Source of the DNA: Eledone cirrhosa
Lineage: Eukaryota
DNA length: 64,000 nt
Direction of reading: 5' to 3'
NCBI GenBank assembly: GCA_964016885.1
Contig: OZ024741.1
Span: forward strand, 1,240,001-1,304,000
Below, piece after piece: positions 11,975 through 25,291 of the stretch. Under the pieces are notes generated by a model. It was not told the DNA's origin. It was given only the letters and a program-made list of their open reading frames with translations, and did not search any database. A program made the translations under genes and the position numbers. Within the stretch, counting starts at the first letter, position 1, and each line of letters opens with the position of its first letter.

Positions 11975-12293
11975 GTAGTAGTAGTAGTGGTCGTAATAGG
12001 GGTAGTGGTGATGATGATGGTGGTGGTGGTGATTGTGCTGGTAGTAGTAGTAGCAGTAGTAGAATTAGTTGTGGTGGTGGTGATAGTGGTGATAGTGGTA
12101 ATAGTAGTAGTAGTGGTAGTAGTAGTAGTAGTAGTGGTGATGGTAGTAGTAGTGGTAGTAGTAGTGGTAGTAGTAGTGGTGATGGAGAGCAGTGGTTGTA
12201 GTGGTGGTGATGATGGTGGTAGTGGTGAGTGTGCTGGTAGTAGTAGTAGGGGTAGTAGTAGTAGTATTGGTGGTGGTGATAGTGGGGGTAGTG

Positions 12294-12338
<45 letters not shown>

Positions 12339-12480
12339 ATGGTAGTAGTAGTGGTAGTAGTAGTGGTGGTGGAGAGCAGTGGTTGTAGTGGTGGTGATGA
12401 TGGTGGTAGTGGTGAGTGTGCTGGTAGTAGTAGTAGGGGTAGTAGTAGTAGTATTGGTGGTGGTGATAGTGGGGGTAGTG

Positions 12481-12525
<45 letters not shown>

Positions 12526-12673
12526 ATGGTAGTAGTAGTGGTAGTAGTAGTGGTGGTGGAGAGCAGTGGTTGTAGTGGTGGTGATGATGGTGGTAGTGGT
12601 GAGTGTGCTGGTAGTAGTAGTAGGGGTAGTAGTAGTAGTATTGGTGGTGGTGATAGTGGTGATAGTGGTAGTA

Positions 12674-12730
<57 letters not shown>

Positions 12731-12956
12731 ATGGTAGTAGTAGTGGTAGTAGTAGTGGTGGTGGAGAGCAGTGGTGGTGATGATGGTGGTAGTGGTGAGT
12801 GTGCTGATAGTAGTAGTAGTAGTAGTAGTAGTAGTATTGGTGGTGGTGATAGTGGGGGTAGTGGTAGCGGTAGTAGTAGTGGTAGTAGTAGTATTAGTGG
12901 AGGTGGTAGCAATGGTAGTAGTAGTGATGGTGGTAGTGGTAGTAATGTTAGTAGTG

Positions 12957-13019
<63 letters not shown>

Positions 13020-13043
13020 ATGGTGGTAGTGGTAGTAGTAGTC

Positions 13044-13086
<43 letters not shown>

Positions 13087-13123
13087 AGGTGGTGATGGCA
13101 GTAGTGGTAGTAGTAGTAGTAGT

Positions 13124-13189
<66 letters not shown>

Positions 13190-13242
13190 CAGTAGTAGTA
13201 GTAGTAGAGGTGGTGATGGCAGTAGTGGTAGTGGTAGTAGTA

Positions 13243-13307
<65 letters not shown>

Positions 13308-13341
13308 TGTGGTGGTGGTAGTAGTGGTAGTGGTAGTAGTA

Positions 13342-13391
<50 letters not shown>

Positions 13392-13422
13392 TGTGGTGGT
13401 GGTAGTAGCGGTAGTGGTAGTA

Positions 13423-13467
<45 letters not shown>

Positions 13468-13572
13468 CAAGTAGTAGTAGTAGTGGTAGTAGTAATAGAA
13501 GTAGTGGTGGTAGTAGTAGCAGTAGTAGTAGCAGTAGTAGTAGCAGTAGTAGTAGTAGTGGTGGTGGTGGTA
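11861..13572. repeat. (GTA)n/(GTG)n compound microsatellite with ~187-bp higher-order units
   Basis: The marker GGAGAGCAGTGG occurs at about 12184, 12371, 12558 and 12763. Confidence 0.93.
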
Positions 13573-13666
13573 TTATTTGTTCTTGTAATTACAATTCGTA
13601 TAAATGTCTACATTATTACTGTTGTTACTTTATCATATGGAAACATTACCTTTGTTTCAGCATTTG

Positions 13667-13668
<2 letters not shown>

Positions 13669-13743
<75 letters not shown>

Positions 13744-13840
13744 AGATGTGTAGGTAGATAGATAATTCCTTGTATGGGGCGGGGCGTTCGCGTGTCTGTA
13801 TGTATTTATGTCTGTATATGTATGTATGTATTTATGTCTG

Positions 13841-13872
<32 letters not shown>

Positions 13873-13930
13873 TGTATGTATGTATGTATGTATGTATGTA
13901 TGTATGTATGTATGTATTTATGTATGTATG

Positions 13931-13962
<32 letters not shown>

Positions 13963-14010
13963 TGTATGTATGTATGTATGTATGTATGTATGTATGTATG
14001 TATGTATGTA
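13669..14010. repeat. (TA)n(GA)n followed by (TATG)n microsatellites
   Basis: Direct reading. Confidence 0.95.
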
Positions 14011-14908
14011 TAAACCCTCTCTCATCTAAGAGAACGACAACTTTAGACATACACTACAGAGACAAACGTTACATTACACAGCCTGTGTGCCGTAATATAT
14101 AGTGCAATCCTTGGAGAAGAAAGGGAGGATAGGAAGGGAAAGAGGGCCAAAAATACGATATGTTGTGCGTCCATGCGTCCATTCTCCCAGGAGACGATAG
14201 GTCGGTCGTTTAGACACACAGACAGACATTCCTGCTTCTGACTCAACATGGCTACTCCAATCTATTCTCACTTGCCTATAAATGCTAACGCCACAATGGC
14301 AAAGCCACCACCTCCAAGCAAGAAAATCACCAGCTAGCACCTTCCCTACCATAACGTAGAATCGCCACCGCCATCAATGGCCACCATCACAGTTAACACC
14401 ACTAAAACCATCTCTAAACTAAAAACGGACTCATCTAAAGCCAAACGCCAATTCTCTATGGTTGCTAGTTGCCTTTTGTCCAGCCAAGTCTGACCGTATT
14501 TCTGTGAGTCAGACCAAACATGGAATTTAACAAGAAAACCTGCAATAAAAAATCTACATAATAAAATAAAACAAATACAATAAACATATAAACAATAGGC
14601 AAAATAAAAATAAGAAAGAAAAGAAAAAGGGAAAGAAGAAGTTACCGAAGGAAAAATTACTGCCTTGCCTCACCTGAACTTCTTAGCAACTCGTTGAGGT
14701 TTCCTTAGTCGTGCATACCATTTATGGATGTATGTGTGTGAGGGAGTGTGTCGGTGTATGTATATATATATATTTATATATATATATATATATTTAAAAG
14801 AATAGAGGTGTAACACACGAGTTGTGATATATTGGGAAAAGGAAAAGAAAATGCTGACAAACATATATATATGTGTGTGTGTGTGTTTTTTGTGTATGTG
14901 TGTATCTC

Positions 14909-14944
<36 letters not shown>

Positions 14945-15151
14945 TAAAATTGTATACACTAACACATATAGTATATTTCATGCACAAAACACATAATGTC
15001 CTCAAACTTTTCACCTAGCTATACATAAGTATATCTATATATATATATATAGATTTGTATATGTAAAAAAACCACACACATATACGCACTCAAACAGAGT
15101 CACATATACATATACATACATAGGCATGTTTACTTACATACACACACATTA

Positions 15152-15219
<68 letters not shown>

Positions 15220-15384
15220 TTGTATACTTACACACACACTCACTCACACACACACATATATATATACATATATACAGCAAACCCTATGGTCGGGGAATTT
15301 GGGAATTTCGTTTTGTGATAACAAAGTTTCATGGCGCAAATTAGATTTTGCCGGGAAAATTAGCCACATACAGAGAGAGAAAAT

Positions 15385-15451
15385 ATTGTTGTTGTGGTTG
15401 TTGTTGTTGTTGTTGTTGTTGTTGTGGTTGTAGTGGTTGTTGTTGTTGTGG

Positions 15452-15485
<34 letters not shown>

Positions 15486-18400
15486 AGTGGTTGTTCTTGT
15501 GGTTGTTGTTGTAGTTGTTGTTGTGGTTGTTGTTGTTGTAGTTGTTGTAGTGGTTGTTGAAGTGGTTGTTGTGTTTGTGGTTGTTGTAGTGTTTGTTGTT
15601 GTGGTTGTTGTAGTGGTTGTTGTTGTGGTTGTGTTCTGGTTGTTGTTGTGGTTGTTGTAGTGGATGTTGTTGTAGTTGTTGTTGTGGTTGTTGTAGTGGT
15701 TGTGTTGTGGTTGTTGTTGTGGTTGTGTTGTGGTTGTGTTGTGGTTATTGTAGTGGTTGTTGTTGTAGTTGTTGTAGTGGTTGTGTTGTGGTTGTGTTGT
15801 GGTTGTTGTTGTGGTTGTTGTTGTGGTTGTTGTAGTGGTTGTGTTGTGGTTGTTGTAGTGGTTGTTGTTGTAGTTGTTGTTGTGGTTGTTGTAGTGATTG
15901 TGTTGTGGTTGTTGTTGTGGTTGTGTTGTGGTTGTGTTGTGGTTGTTGTAGTGGTTGTGTTGTGGTTGTTGTTGTGGTTGTGTTGTGGTTGTTGTTGTGG
16001 TTGTTGTTGTCTTTGTGTTGTGGTTGTTGTTGTGGTTGTTGTAGTGGTTGTTGTTGTAGTTGTTGTTGTGGTTGTTGTAGTGGTTGTTGTTGTGGTTGTG
16101 TTGTGGTTGTTGTTGTGGTTGTTGTTGTGGTTGTTACTGTGGTTGTTGTGGTTGTTGTTGTGGTTGTGTTGTGGTTGTTGTTGTGGTTGTGTTGTGGTTG
16201 TTGTTGTGGTTGTTGTAGTGGTTGTTGTTGTAGTTGTTGTAGTGGTTGTTGTTGTAGTAGTTGTTGTGGTTGTTGTTGTGGTTGTTGTAGTGGTTGTTGT
16301 TGTGGTTGTGTTGTGGTTGGTGTTGTAGTAGTTGTTGTGGTTGTTGTTGTTGTTGTTGTAGTGGTTGTTGTTGTGGTTGTTGTTGTAGTTGTTGTTGTGG
16401 TTGTTGTTGTTGTGGTTGTTGTAGTGTTTGTTGTTGTGGTTGTTGTAGTGTTTGTTGTAGTGTTTGTTGTTGTGGTTGTTGTAGTGGTTGTTGTTGTGGT
16501 TGTGTTCTGGTTGTTGTTGTGGTTGTTGTAGTGAATGTTGTTGTAGTTGTTGTTGTGGTTGTTGTAGTGGTTGTGTTGTGGTTGTTGTTGTGGTTGTGTT
16601 GTGGTTGTGTTGGAGTTATTGTAGTGGTTGTTGTAGTGGTTGTGTTGTGGTTGTGTTGTGGTTGTGTTGTGGTTGTTGTTGTGGTTGTTGTTGTAGTTGT
16701 TGTAGTGGTTGTTGTTGTGGTTGTGTTCTGGTTGTTGTTGTGGTTGTTGTAGTGGATGTTGTTGTAGTTGTTGTTGTGGTTGTTGTAGTGGTTGTGTTGT
16801 GGTTGTTGTTTAGGTTGTGATGTGGTTGTGTTGTGGTTATTGTAGTGGTTGTTGTTGTAGTTGTTGTAGTGGTTGTGTTGTGGTTGTGTTGTGGTTGTTG
16901 TTGTGGTTGTTGTTGTAGTTGTTGTAGTGGTTGTGTTGTGGTTGTTGTAGTGTTTGTTGTTGTAGTTGTTGTTGTGGTTGTTGTAGTGATTGTGTTGTGG
17001 TTGTTGTTGTGGTTGTGTTGTGGTTGTGTTGTGGTTGTTGTAGTGGTTGTGTTGTGGTTGTTGTTGTGGTTGTGTTGTGGTTGTTATTGTGGTTGTTGTT
17101 GTCTTTATGTTGTGGTTGTTGTTGTGGTTGTTGTTGTAGTGGTTGTTGTGGTTGTTGTAGTGGTTGTTGTTGTGGTTGTGTTGTGGTTGTTGTTGTGGTT
17201 GTTGTAGTGGTTGTTACTGTGGTTGTTGTTGTGGTTGTTGTTGTGGTTGTGTTGTGGTTGTTGTTGTGGTTGTGTTGTGGTTGTTGTTGTGGTTGTTGTA
17301 GTGGTTGTTGTTGTAGTTGTTGTAGTGGTTGTTGTTGTAGTAGTTGTTGTGGTTGTTGTTGTGGTTGTTGTAGTGGTTGTTGTTGTGGTTGTGTTGTGGT
17401 TGTTGTTGTAGTAGTTGTTGTGGTTGTTGTTGTTGTTGTTGTAGTGGTTGTTGTTGTGGTTGTTGTTGTAGTTGTTGTTGTGGTTGTTGTTGTTGTGGTT
17501 GTTGTAGTGTTTGTTGTTGTGCTTGTTGTAGTGTTTGTTGTAGTGTTTGTTGTTGTGGTTGTTGTAGTGGTTGTTGTTGTGGTTGTGTTCTGGTTGTTGT
17601 TGTGGTTGTTGTAGTGGATGTTGTTGTAGTTGTTGTTGTGGTTGTTGTAGTGGTTGTGTTGTGGTTGTTGTTGTGGTTGTGTTGTGGTTGTGTTGTAGTT
17701 ATTGTAGTGGTTGTTGTAGTGGTTGTGTTGTGGTTGTGTTGTCGTTGTTGTTGTGGTTGTTGTTGTAGTTGTTGTAGTGGTTGTGTTGTGGTTGTTGTTG
17801 TGGTTGTTGTTGTAGTTGTTGTAGTGGTTGTGTTGTGGTTGTTGTAGTGGTTGTTGTTGTAGTTGTTGTTGTGGTTGTTGTAGTGATTGTGTTGTGGTTG
17901 TTGTTGTGGTTGTGTTGTGGTTGTGTTGTAGTTGTTGTAGTGGTTGTGTTGTGGTTGTTGTTGTGGTTGTGTTGTGGTTGTTGTCTTTGTGTTGTGGTTG
18001 TTGTTGTGGTTGTTGTTGTAGTGGTTGTTGTTGTAGTTGTTGTTGTGGTTGTTGTAGTGGTTGTTGTTGTGGTTGTGTTGTGGTTGTTGTTGTGGTTGTT
18101 GTAGTGGTTGTTATTGTGGTTGTTGTTGTGGTTGTTGTTGTGGTTGTGTTGTGGTTGTTGTTGTGGTTGTGTTGTGGTTGTTGTTGTGGTTGTTGTTGTA
18201 GTTGTTGTAGTGGTTGTTGTTGTAGTAGTTGTTGTGGTTGTTGTTGTGGTTGTTGTAGTGGTTGTTGTTGTGGTTGTGTTGTGGTTGTTGTTGTAGTAGT
18301 TGTTGTGGTTGTTGTTGTTGTTGTTGTAGTGGTTGTTGTCGTGGTTGTTGTTGTAGTTGTTGTTGTGGTTGTTGTTGTTGTGGTTGTTGTAGTGTTTGTT

Positions 18401-21400
18401 GTTGTGGTTGTTGTAGTGTTTGTTGTAGTGTTTGTTGTTGTGGTTGTTGTAGTGGTTGTTGTTGTGGTTGTGTTCTGGTTGTTGTTGTGGTTGTTGTAGT
18501 GGATGTTGTTGTAGTTGTTGTTGTGGTTGTTGTTGTGGTTGTGTTGTGGTTGTGTTGTAGTTATTGTAGTGGTTGTTGTAGTGGTTGTGTTGTGGTTGTG
18601 TTGTGGTTGTTGTTGTGGTTGTTGTTGTAGTTGTTGTAGTGGTTGTGTTGTGGTTGTTGTTGTGGTTGTGTTGTGGTTGTGTTGTAGTTATTGTAGTGGT
18701 TGTTGTAGTGGTTGTGTTGTGGTTGTGTTGTGGTTGTGTTGTGGTTGTTGTTGTGGTTGTTGTAGTGGTTGTTGTTGTGGTTGTGTTCTGGTTGTTGTTG
18801 TGGTTGCTGTAGTGGATGTTGTTGTAGTTGTTGTTGTGGTTGTGTTGTGGTTGTGTTGTGGTTGTTGTTGTGGTTGTTGTTGTAGTTGTTGTAGTGGTTG
18901 TGTTGTGGTTGTTGTAGTGTTTGTTGTTGTAGTTGTTGTTGTGGTTGTTGTAGTGATTGTGTTGTGGTTGTTGTTGTGGTTGTGTTGTGGTTGTGTTGTG
19001 GTTGTTGTAGTGGTTGTGTTGTGGTTGTTGTTGTGGTTGTGTTGTGGTTGTTGTTGTGGTTGTTGTTGTCTTTGTGTTGTGGTTGTTGTTGTGGTTGTTG
19101 TTGTAGTGGTTGTTGTGGTTGTTGTAGTGGTTGTTGTTGTGGTTGTGTTGTGGTTGTTGTTGTGGTTGTTGTAGTGGTTGTTACTGTGGTTGTTGTTGTG
19201 GTTGTTGTGGTTGTGTTGTGGTTGTTGTTGTGGTTGTGTTGTGGTTGTTGTTGTGGTTGTTGTAGTGGTTGTTGTTGTAGTTGTTGTAGTGGTTGTTGTT
19301 GTAGTAGTTGTTGTGGTTGTTGTTGTGGTTGTTGTAGTGGTTGTTGTTGTGGTTGTGTTGTGGTTGTTGTTGTAGTAGTTGTTGTGGTTGTTGCTGTTGT
19401 TGTTGTAGTGGTTGTTGTTGTGGTTGTTGTTGTGGTTGTTGTTGTGGTTGTTGTTGTTGTGGTTGTTGTAGTGTTTGTTGTTGTGGTTGTTGTAGTGTTT
19501 GTTGTAGTGTTTGTTGTTGTGGTTGTTGTAGTGGTTGTTGTTGTGGTTGTGTTCTGGTTGTTGTTTTGGTTGTTGTAGTGGATGTTGTTGTAGTTGTTGT
19601 TGTGGTTGTTGTAGTGGTTGTGTTGTGGTTGTTGTTGTGGTTGTGTTGTGGTTGTGTTGTAGTTATTGTAGTGGTTGTTGTAGTGGTTGTGTTGTGGTTG
19701 TGTTGTGGTTGTTGTTGTGGTTGTTGTTGTAGTTGTTGTAGTGGTTGTGTTGTGGTTGTTGTTGTGGTTGTGTTGTGGTTGTGTTGTGGTTGTTGTTGTG
19801 GTTGTGTTGTGGTTGTGTTGTGGTTATTGTAGTGGTTGTTGTTGTAGTTGTTGTAGTGGTTGTGTTGTGGTTGTGTTGTGGTTGTTGTTGTAGTTGTTGT
19901 TGTGGTTGTTGTAGTGATTGTGTTGTGGTTGTTGTTGTGGTTGTGTTGTGGTTGTGTTGTGGTTGTTGTAGTGGTTGTGTTGTGGTTGTTGTTGTGGTTG
20001 TGTTGTGGTTGTTGTTGTGGTTGTTGTTGTCTTTGTGTTGTGGTTGTTGTTGTGGTTGTTGTTGTAGTGGTTGTTGTTGTAGTTGTTGTTGTGGTTGTTG
20101 TAGTGGTTGTTGTTGTGGTTGTGTTGTGGTTGTTGTTGTGGTTGTTGTAGTGGTTGTTACTGTGGTTGTTGTTGTGGTTGTTGTTGTGGTTGTGTTGTGG
20201 TTGTTGTTGTGGTTGTGTTGTGGTTGTTGTTGTGGTTGTTGTAGTGGTTGTTGTTGTAGTTGTTGTAGTGGTTGTTGTTGTAGTAGTTGTTGTGGTTGTT
20301 GTTGTGGTTGTTGTAGTGGTTGTTGTTGTGGTTGTGTTGTGGTTGTTGTTGTAGTAGTTGTTGTGGTTGTTGTTGTTGTTGTTGTAGTGGTTGTTGTTGT
20401 GGTTGTTGTTGTAGTTGTTGTTGTGGTTGTTGTTGTTGTGGTTGTTGTAGTGTTTGTTGTTGTGCTTGTTGTAGTGTTTGTTGTAGTGTTTGTTGTTGTG
20501 GTTGTTGTAGTGGTTGTTGTTGTGGTTGTGTTATGGTTGTTGTTGTGGTTGTTGTAGTGGATGTTGTTGTAGTTGTTGTTGTGGTTGTTGTAGTGGTTGT
20601 GTTGTGGTTGTTGTTGTGGTTGTGTTGTGGTTGTGTTGTAGTTATTGTAGTGGTTGTTGTAGTGGTTGTGTTGTGGTTGTGTTGTGGTTGTTGTTGTGGT
20701 TGTTGTTGTAGTTGTTGTAGTGGTTGTGTTGTGGTTGTTGTTGTGGTTGTGTTGTGGTTGTGTTGTAGTTATTGTAGTGGTTGTTGTAGTGGTTGTGTTG
20801 TGGTTGTGTTGTGGTTGTTGTTGTGGTTGTTGTTGTAGTTGTTGTAGTGGTTGTGTTGTGGTTGTTGTAGTGGTTGTTGTTGTAGTTGTTGTTGTGGTTG
20901 TTGTAGTAGTTGTGTTGTGGTTGTTGTGTGGTTGTGTTGTGGTTGTTGTAACGGTTGTTTTAGTAGTTGTTGTTGCAGTTGTTGTTGTTGTGGTTGTTGT
21001 TATGGTTGTTGCAGTTGTTGTTGTAGTGGTTGTTGTTGTGGTTGTTGTAGTTGTTGTTGTAGTGGTTTTTGTAGTGGTTGGTGTAGTGGTTGTTGTAGTG
21101 GTTGTTGTAATTGTTGTTGTGGTGGTTGTTGTAGTGGTTGTTGTAGTGGTTGTGTTGTGGTTGTTGTTGTAGTAGTTGTTGTGGTTGTTGTTGTTGTTGT
21201 TGTAGTGGTTGTTGTTGTGGTTGTTGTTGTGGTTGTTGTTGTGGTTGTTGTTGTTGTGGTTGTTGTAGTGTTTGTTGTTGTGGTTGTTGTAGTGTTTGTT
21301 GTAGTGTTTGTTGTTGTGGTTGTTGTAGTGGTTGTTGTTGTGGTTGTGTTCTGGTTGTTGTTTTGGTTGTTGTAGTGGATGTTGTTGTAGTTGTTGTTGT

Positions 21401-24400
21401 GGTTGTTGTAGTGGTTGTGTTGTGGTTGTTGTTGTGGTTGTGTTGTGGTTGTGTTGTAGTTATTGTAGTGGTTCTTGTAGTGGTTGTGTTGTGGTCGTGT
21501 TGTGGTTGTTGTTGTGGTTGTTGTTGTAGTTGTTGTAGTGGTTGTGTTGTGGTTGTTGTTGTGGTTGTGTTGTGGTTGTGTTGTGGTTGTTGTTGTGGTT
21601 GTGTTGTGGTTGTGTTGTGGTTATTGTAGTGGTTGTTGTTGTAGTTGTTGTAGTGGTTGTGTTGTGGTTGTGTTGTGGTTGTTGTTGTGGTTGTTGTTGT
21701 AGTTGTTGTAGTGGTTGTGTTGTGGTTGTTGTGGTGGTTGTTGTTGTAGTTGTTGTTGTGGTTGTTGTAGTGATTGTGTTGTGGTTGTTGTTGTGGTTGT
21801 GTTGTGGTTGTGTTGTGGTTGTTGTAGTGGTTGTGTTGTGGTTGTTGTTGTGGTTGTGTTGTGGTTGTTGTTGTGGTTGTTGTTGTCTTTGTGTTGTGGT
21901 TGTTGTTGTGGTTGTTGTTGTAGTGGTTGTTGTTGTAGTTGTTGTTGTGGTTGTTGTAGTGGTTGTTGTTGTGGTTGTGTTGTGGTTGTTGTTGTGGTTG
22001 TTGTAGTGGTTGTTACTGTGGTTGTTGTTGTGGTTGTTGTTGTGGTTGTGTTGTGGTTGTTGTTGTGGTTGTGTTGTGGTTGTTGTTGTGGTTGTTGTAG
22101 TGGTTGTTGTTGTAGTTGTTGTAGTGGTTGTTGTTGTAGTAGTTGTTGTGGTTGTTGTTGTGGTTGTTGTAGTGGTTGTTGTTGTGGTTGTGTTGTGGTT
22201 GTTGTTGTAGTAGTTGTTGTGGTTGTTGTTGTTGTTGTAGTAGTTGTTGTTGTGGTTGTTGTTGTAGTTGTTGTTGTGGTTGTTGTTGTTGTGGTTGTTG
22301 TAGTGTTTGTTGTTGTGCTTGTTGTAGTGTTTGTTGTAGTGTTTGTTGTTGTGGTTGTTGTAGTGGTTGTTGTTGTGGTTGTGTTCTGGTTGTTGTTGTG
22401 GTTGTTGTAGTGGATGTTGTTGTAGTTGTTGTTGTGGTTGTTGTAGTGGTTGTGTTGTGGTTGTTGTTGTGGTTGTGTTGTAGTTGTGTTGTAGTTATTG
22501 TAGTGGTTGTTGTAGTGGTTGTGTTGTGGTTGTGTTGTGGTTGTTGTTGTGGTTGTTGTTGTAGTTGTTGTAGTGTTTGTGTTGTGGTTGTTGTTGTGGT
22601 TGTGTTGTGGTTGTGTTGTAGTTATTGTAGTGGTTGTTGTAGTGGTTGTGTTGTGGTTGTGTTGTGGTTGTTGTTGTGGTTGTTGTTGTAGTTGTTGTAG
22701 TGGTTGTGTTGTGGTTGTTGTAGTGGTTGTTGTTGTAGTTGTTGTTGTGGTTGTTGTAGTAGTTGTGTTGTGGTTGTTGTTGTGGTTGTGTTGTGGTTGT
22801 TGTAACGGTTGTTTTAGTAGTTGTTGTTGCAGTTGTTGTTGTTGTGGTTGTTGTTATGGTTGTTGTGGTTGTTGTTGTGGTTGTGTTGTGGTTGTTGTTG
22901 TGGTTGTTGTTGTAGTTGTTGTAGTGGTTGTGTTGTGGTTGTTGTTGTGGTTGTGTTGTGGTTGTGTTGTAGTTATTGTAGTGGTTGTTGTAGTGGTTGT
23001 GTTGTGGTTGTGTTGTGGTTGGTGTAGTGGTTGTTGTAGTGGTTGTTGTAGTTGTTGTTGTGGTGGTTGTTGTAGTGGTTGTTGTAGTGGTTGTTGTTGT
23101 AGTTTTTGTTGTGGTTGTTGTAGTCGTAGTTGTAGTGGTTGTTGTAGTGGTTGTTGTTGTAGTTGTTGTTGGAGTGATTTTTATTGTAGTTGTTGTTGTT
23201 TTGGTTGTTTTGGATGTAGTGGTTGTTGCAGTGGTTGTTGTTGTGGTTGTGTTGTGGTTGTTGTTGTGATTGTTGTTGTAGTTGTTGTTGTACTGGTTGT
23301 TTTAGTGGTTGTTGTTGTAGTTGTTGTTGTAGTTGTTGTTGTAGTTGTTGTTGTTGTGGTGGTTGTAGTGGTTGTTGTAGTGGTTGTTGTTGTGGTTGCG
23401 TTGTGGTTGTTGTTGTGATTGTTGTCGTGGTTGTTGTAGTGGTTGTTGTAGTTGTTGTTGTTGTTGTTGTTGTTGTAGTTGTTGTAGTGGTTGTTGTAGT
23501 GGTTGTTCTAGTTGTTGTTGTTGTGGTTGTTGTTGTAGCTGTTGTTGTAGTGGTTGTTGTAATGGTTGTTGTAGTTGTTGTTGTGTTGGTTGTTGTTGTA
23601 GTTGTTGTTGTAGTTGTTGTTGTGGTTGTTGTTGTAGTTGTTGTAGTGGTTGTTGTAGTGGTTGTTCTAGTTGTTGTTGTTGTTGTAGCTGTTGTTGTAG
23701 TGGTTGTTGTAATGGTTGTTGTAGTTGTTGTTGTGGTTGTTGTTGTAGTTGTTGTTGTAGTTGATGTTGTTGTGGTTGTAGTGGTTGTTGTAGTGGTAGT
23801 TGTTGTGGTAATTGTTGTGGTTGTTGTTGTAGTTGTTGTTGTAGTTGTTGTTGTGGTTGTTGTAGTGGTTGAGGTTGTTGTGGTTGTTGTTGTGGTTCTT
23901 GTTGTGATTGTTGTTTCTGTTCTTGTTGTAGTGGTTGTTGTTGTGGTTGTTGTAGTTGTTGTTGTGGTGGTTGTTGTAGTTGTTGTTGTGGTGGTTGTTG
24001 TAGTGGTTGTTGTAGTGGTTGTTTTTGTAGTTTTTGTTGTGGTTGTTGTAGTGGTTGTTGTAGTGGTTGTTGTAGTGGTTGTTGTTGTAGTTGTAGTGGT
24101 TGTTGGAGTGGTTGTTATTGTAGTTGTTTTTGTTTTGGTTGTTTTGGATGTAGTGGTTGTTGCAGTGGTTGTTGTTGTGGTTGTGTTGTGGTTTTTGTTG
24201 TGACTGTTGTTGTAGTTGTTGTTGTAGTGGTTGTTGTAGTGGTTGTTTTAGTTGTTGTAGTTGTTGTAGTGGTTGTTGCAGTGGTTGTTGTTGTGGTTGT
24301 GTTGTGGTTGTTGTTGTGATTGTTGTTGTAGTTGTTGTTGTACTGGTTGTTTTAGTGGTTGTTGTAGTGGTTGTTGTAGTGGTTGTTGTTGTGGTTGTTG

Positions 24401-25291
24401 TTGTGGTTGTTGTTGTAGTGGTTGTTGTAGTTGTTGTTGTAGTTGTTGTTTTAATTGTTGTTGTTGTTGTGGTTGTAGTGGTTGTTGTAGTGGTTGTTGT
24501 TGTGGTTGTGTTGTGGTTGTTGTTGTGGTTGTGGTTGTTGTTGTGGTTGTGTTGTGGTTTTGTGGTTGTTGTAGTGGTTGTTGTTGTGATCGTTGTCGTG
24601 GTTGTTGTAGTGGTTGTTGTAGTTGTTGTAGTGGTTGTTGTAGTGGTTGTTGCAGTGGTTGTTGTAGTTGTAGTTGTTGTAGTTGTTGTTGTAGTTGTTG
24701 TAGTGGTTGTTGTAGTGGTTGTTCTAGTTGTTGTTGTTGTGGTTGTTGTTGTAGCTGTTGTTATAATGGTTGTTGTAGTTGTTGTTGTGGTTGTTGTTTT
24801 AGTTGTTGTTGTAGTTGTTGTTGTTGTAGTTGTTGTTGTTGTGGTTGTAGTGGTTGTTGTAGTGGTAGTTGTTGTGGTAATTGTTGTGGTTGTTGTTGTA
24901 GTTGTTGTTGTTGTAGTTGTTGTTGTGGTTGTTGTATTGGTTGTGGTTGTAGTGGTTGTTGTTGTGTTTGTTGTTGTGATTGTTTTTCAGTTGTTGTTGT
25001 AGTGGTTGTTTTAGTGGTTGCTGTAGTGGTTTTGTTGTAGTTGTTGTAGTGGTTGTTGTTGTAGTTGTTGTTGTGGTTGTTGTAGTGGTTGTGTTGTGAT
25101 TGTTGTTGTAGTTGTTGTTGTAGTGATTGTGTTGTGGTTGTGTTGTGGTTGTTGTAGTGGTTGTTGTAGTGGTTGTTTTAGTAGTATTTGTTGTAGTTGT
25201 TGTAGTTGTTGTTGTAGTGGTTGTTGTAGTGGTTGTTGTTGTAGTGGTTGTTGTAGTGGTTGTTGTAGTGGTTGTTGTTGTAGTTGTTGTA
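15385..25291. repeat. ~9.9-kb (GTT)n-derived complex satellite with ~0.9-1.1-kb higher-order repeats
   Basis: Built from GTT, GTG, GTA and GTGTT motifs. Rare markers (GTAGTGATTG, GTCTTT, GTTACTG, GTTCTGG, GTGGATG) recur in a fixed order. Confidence 0.95.
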
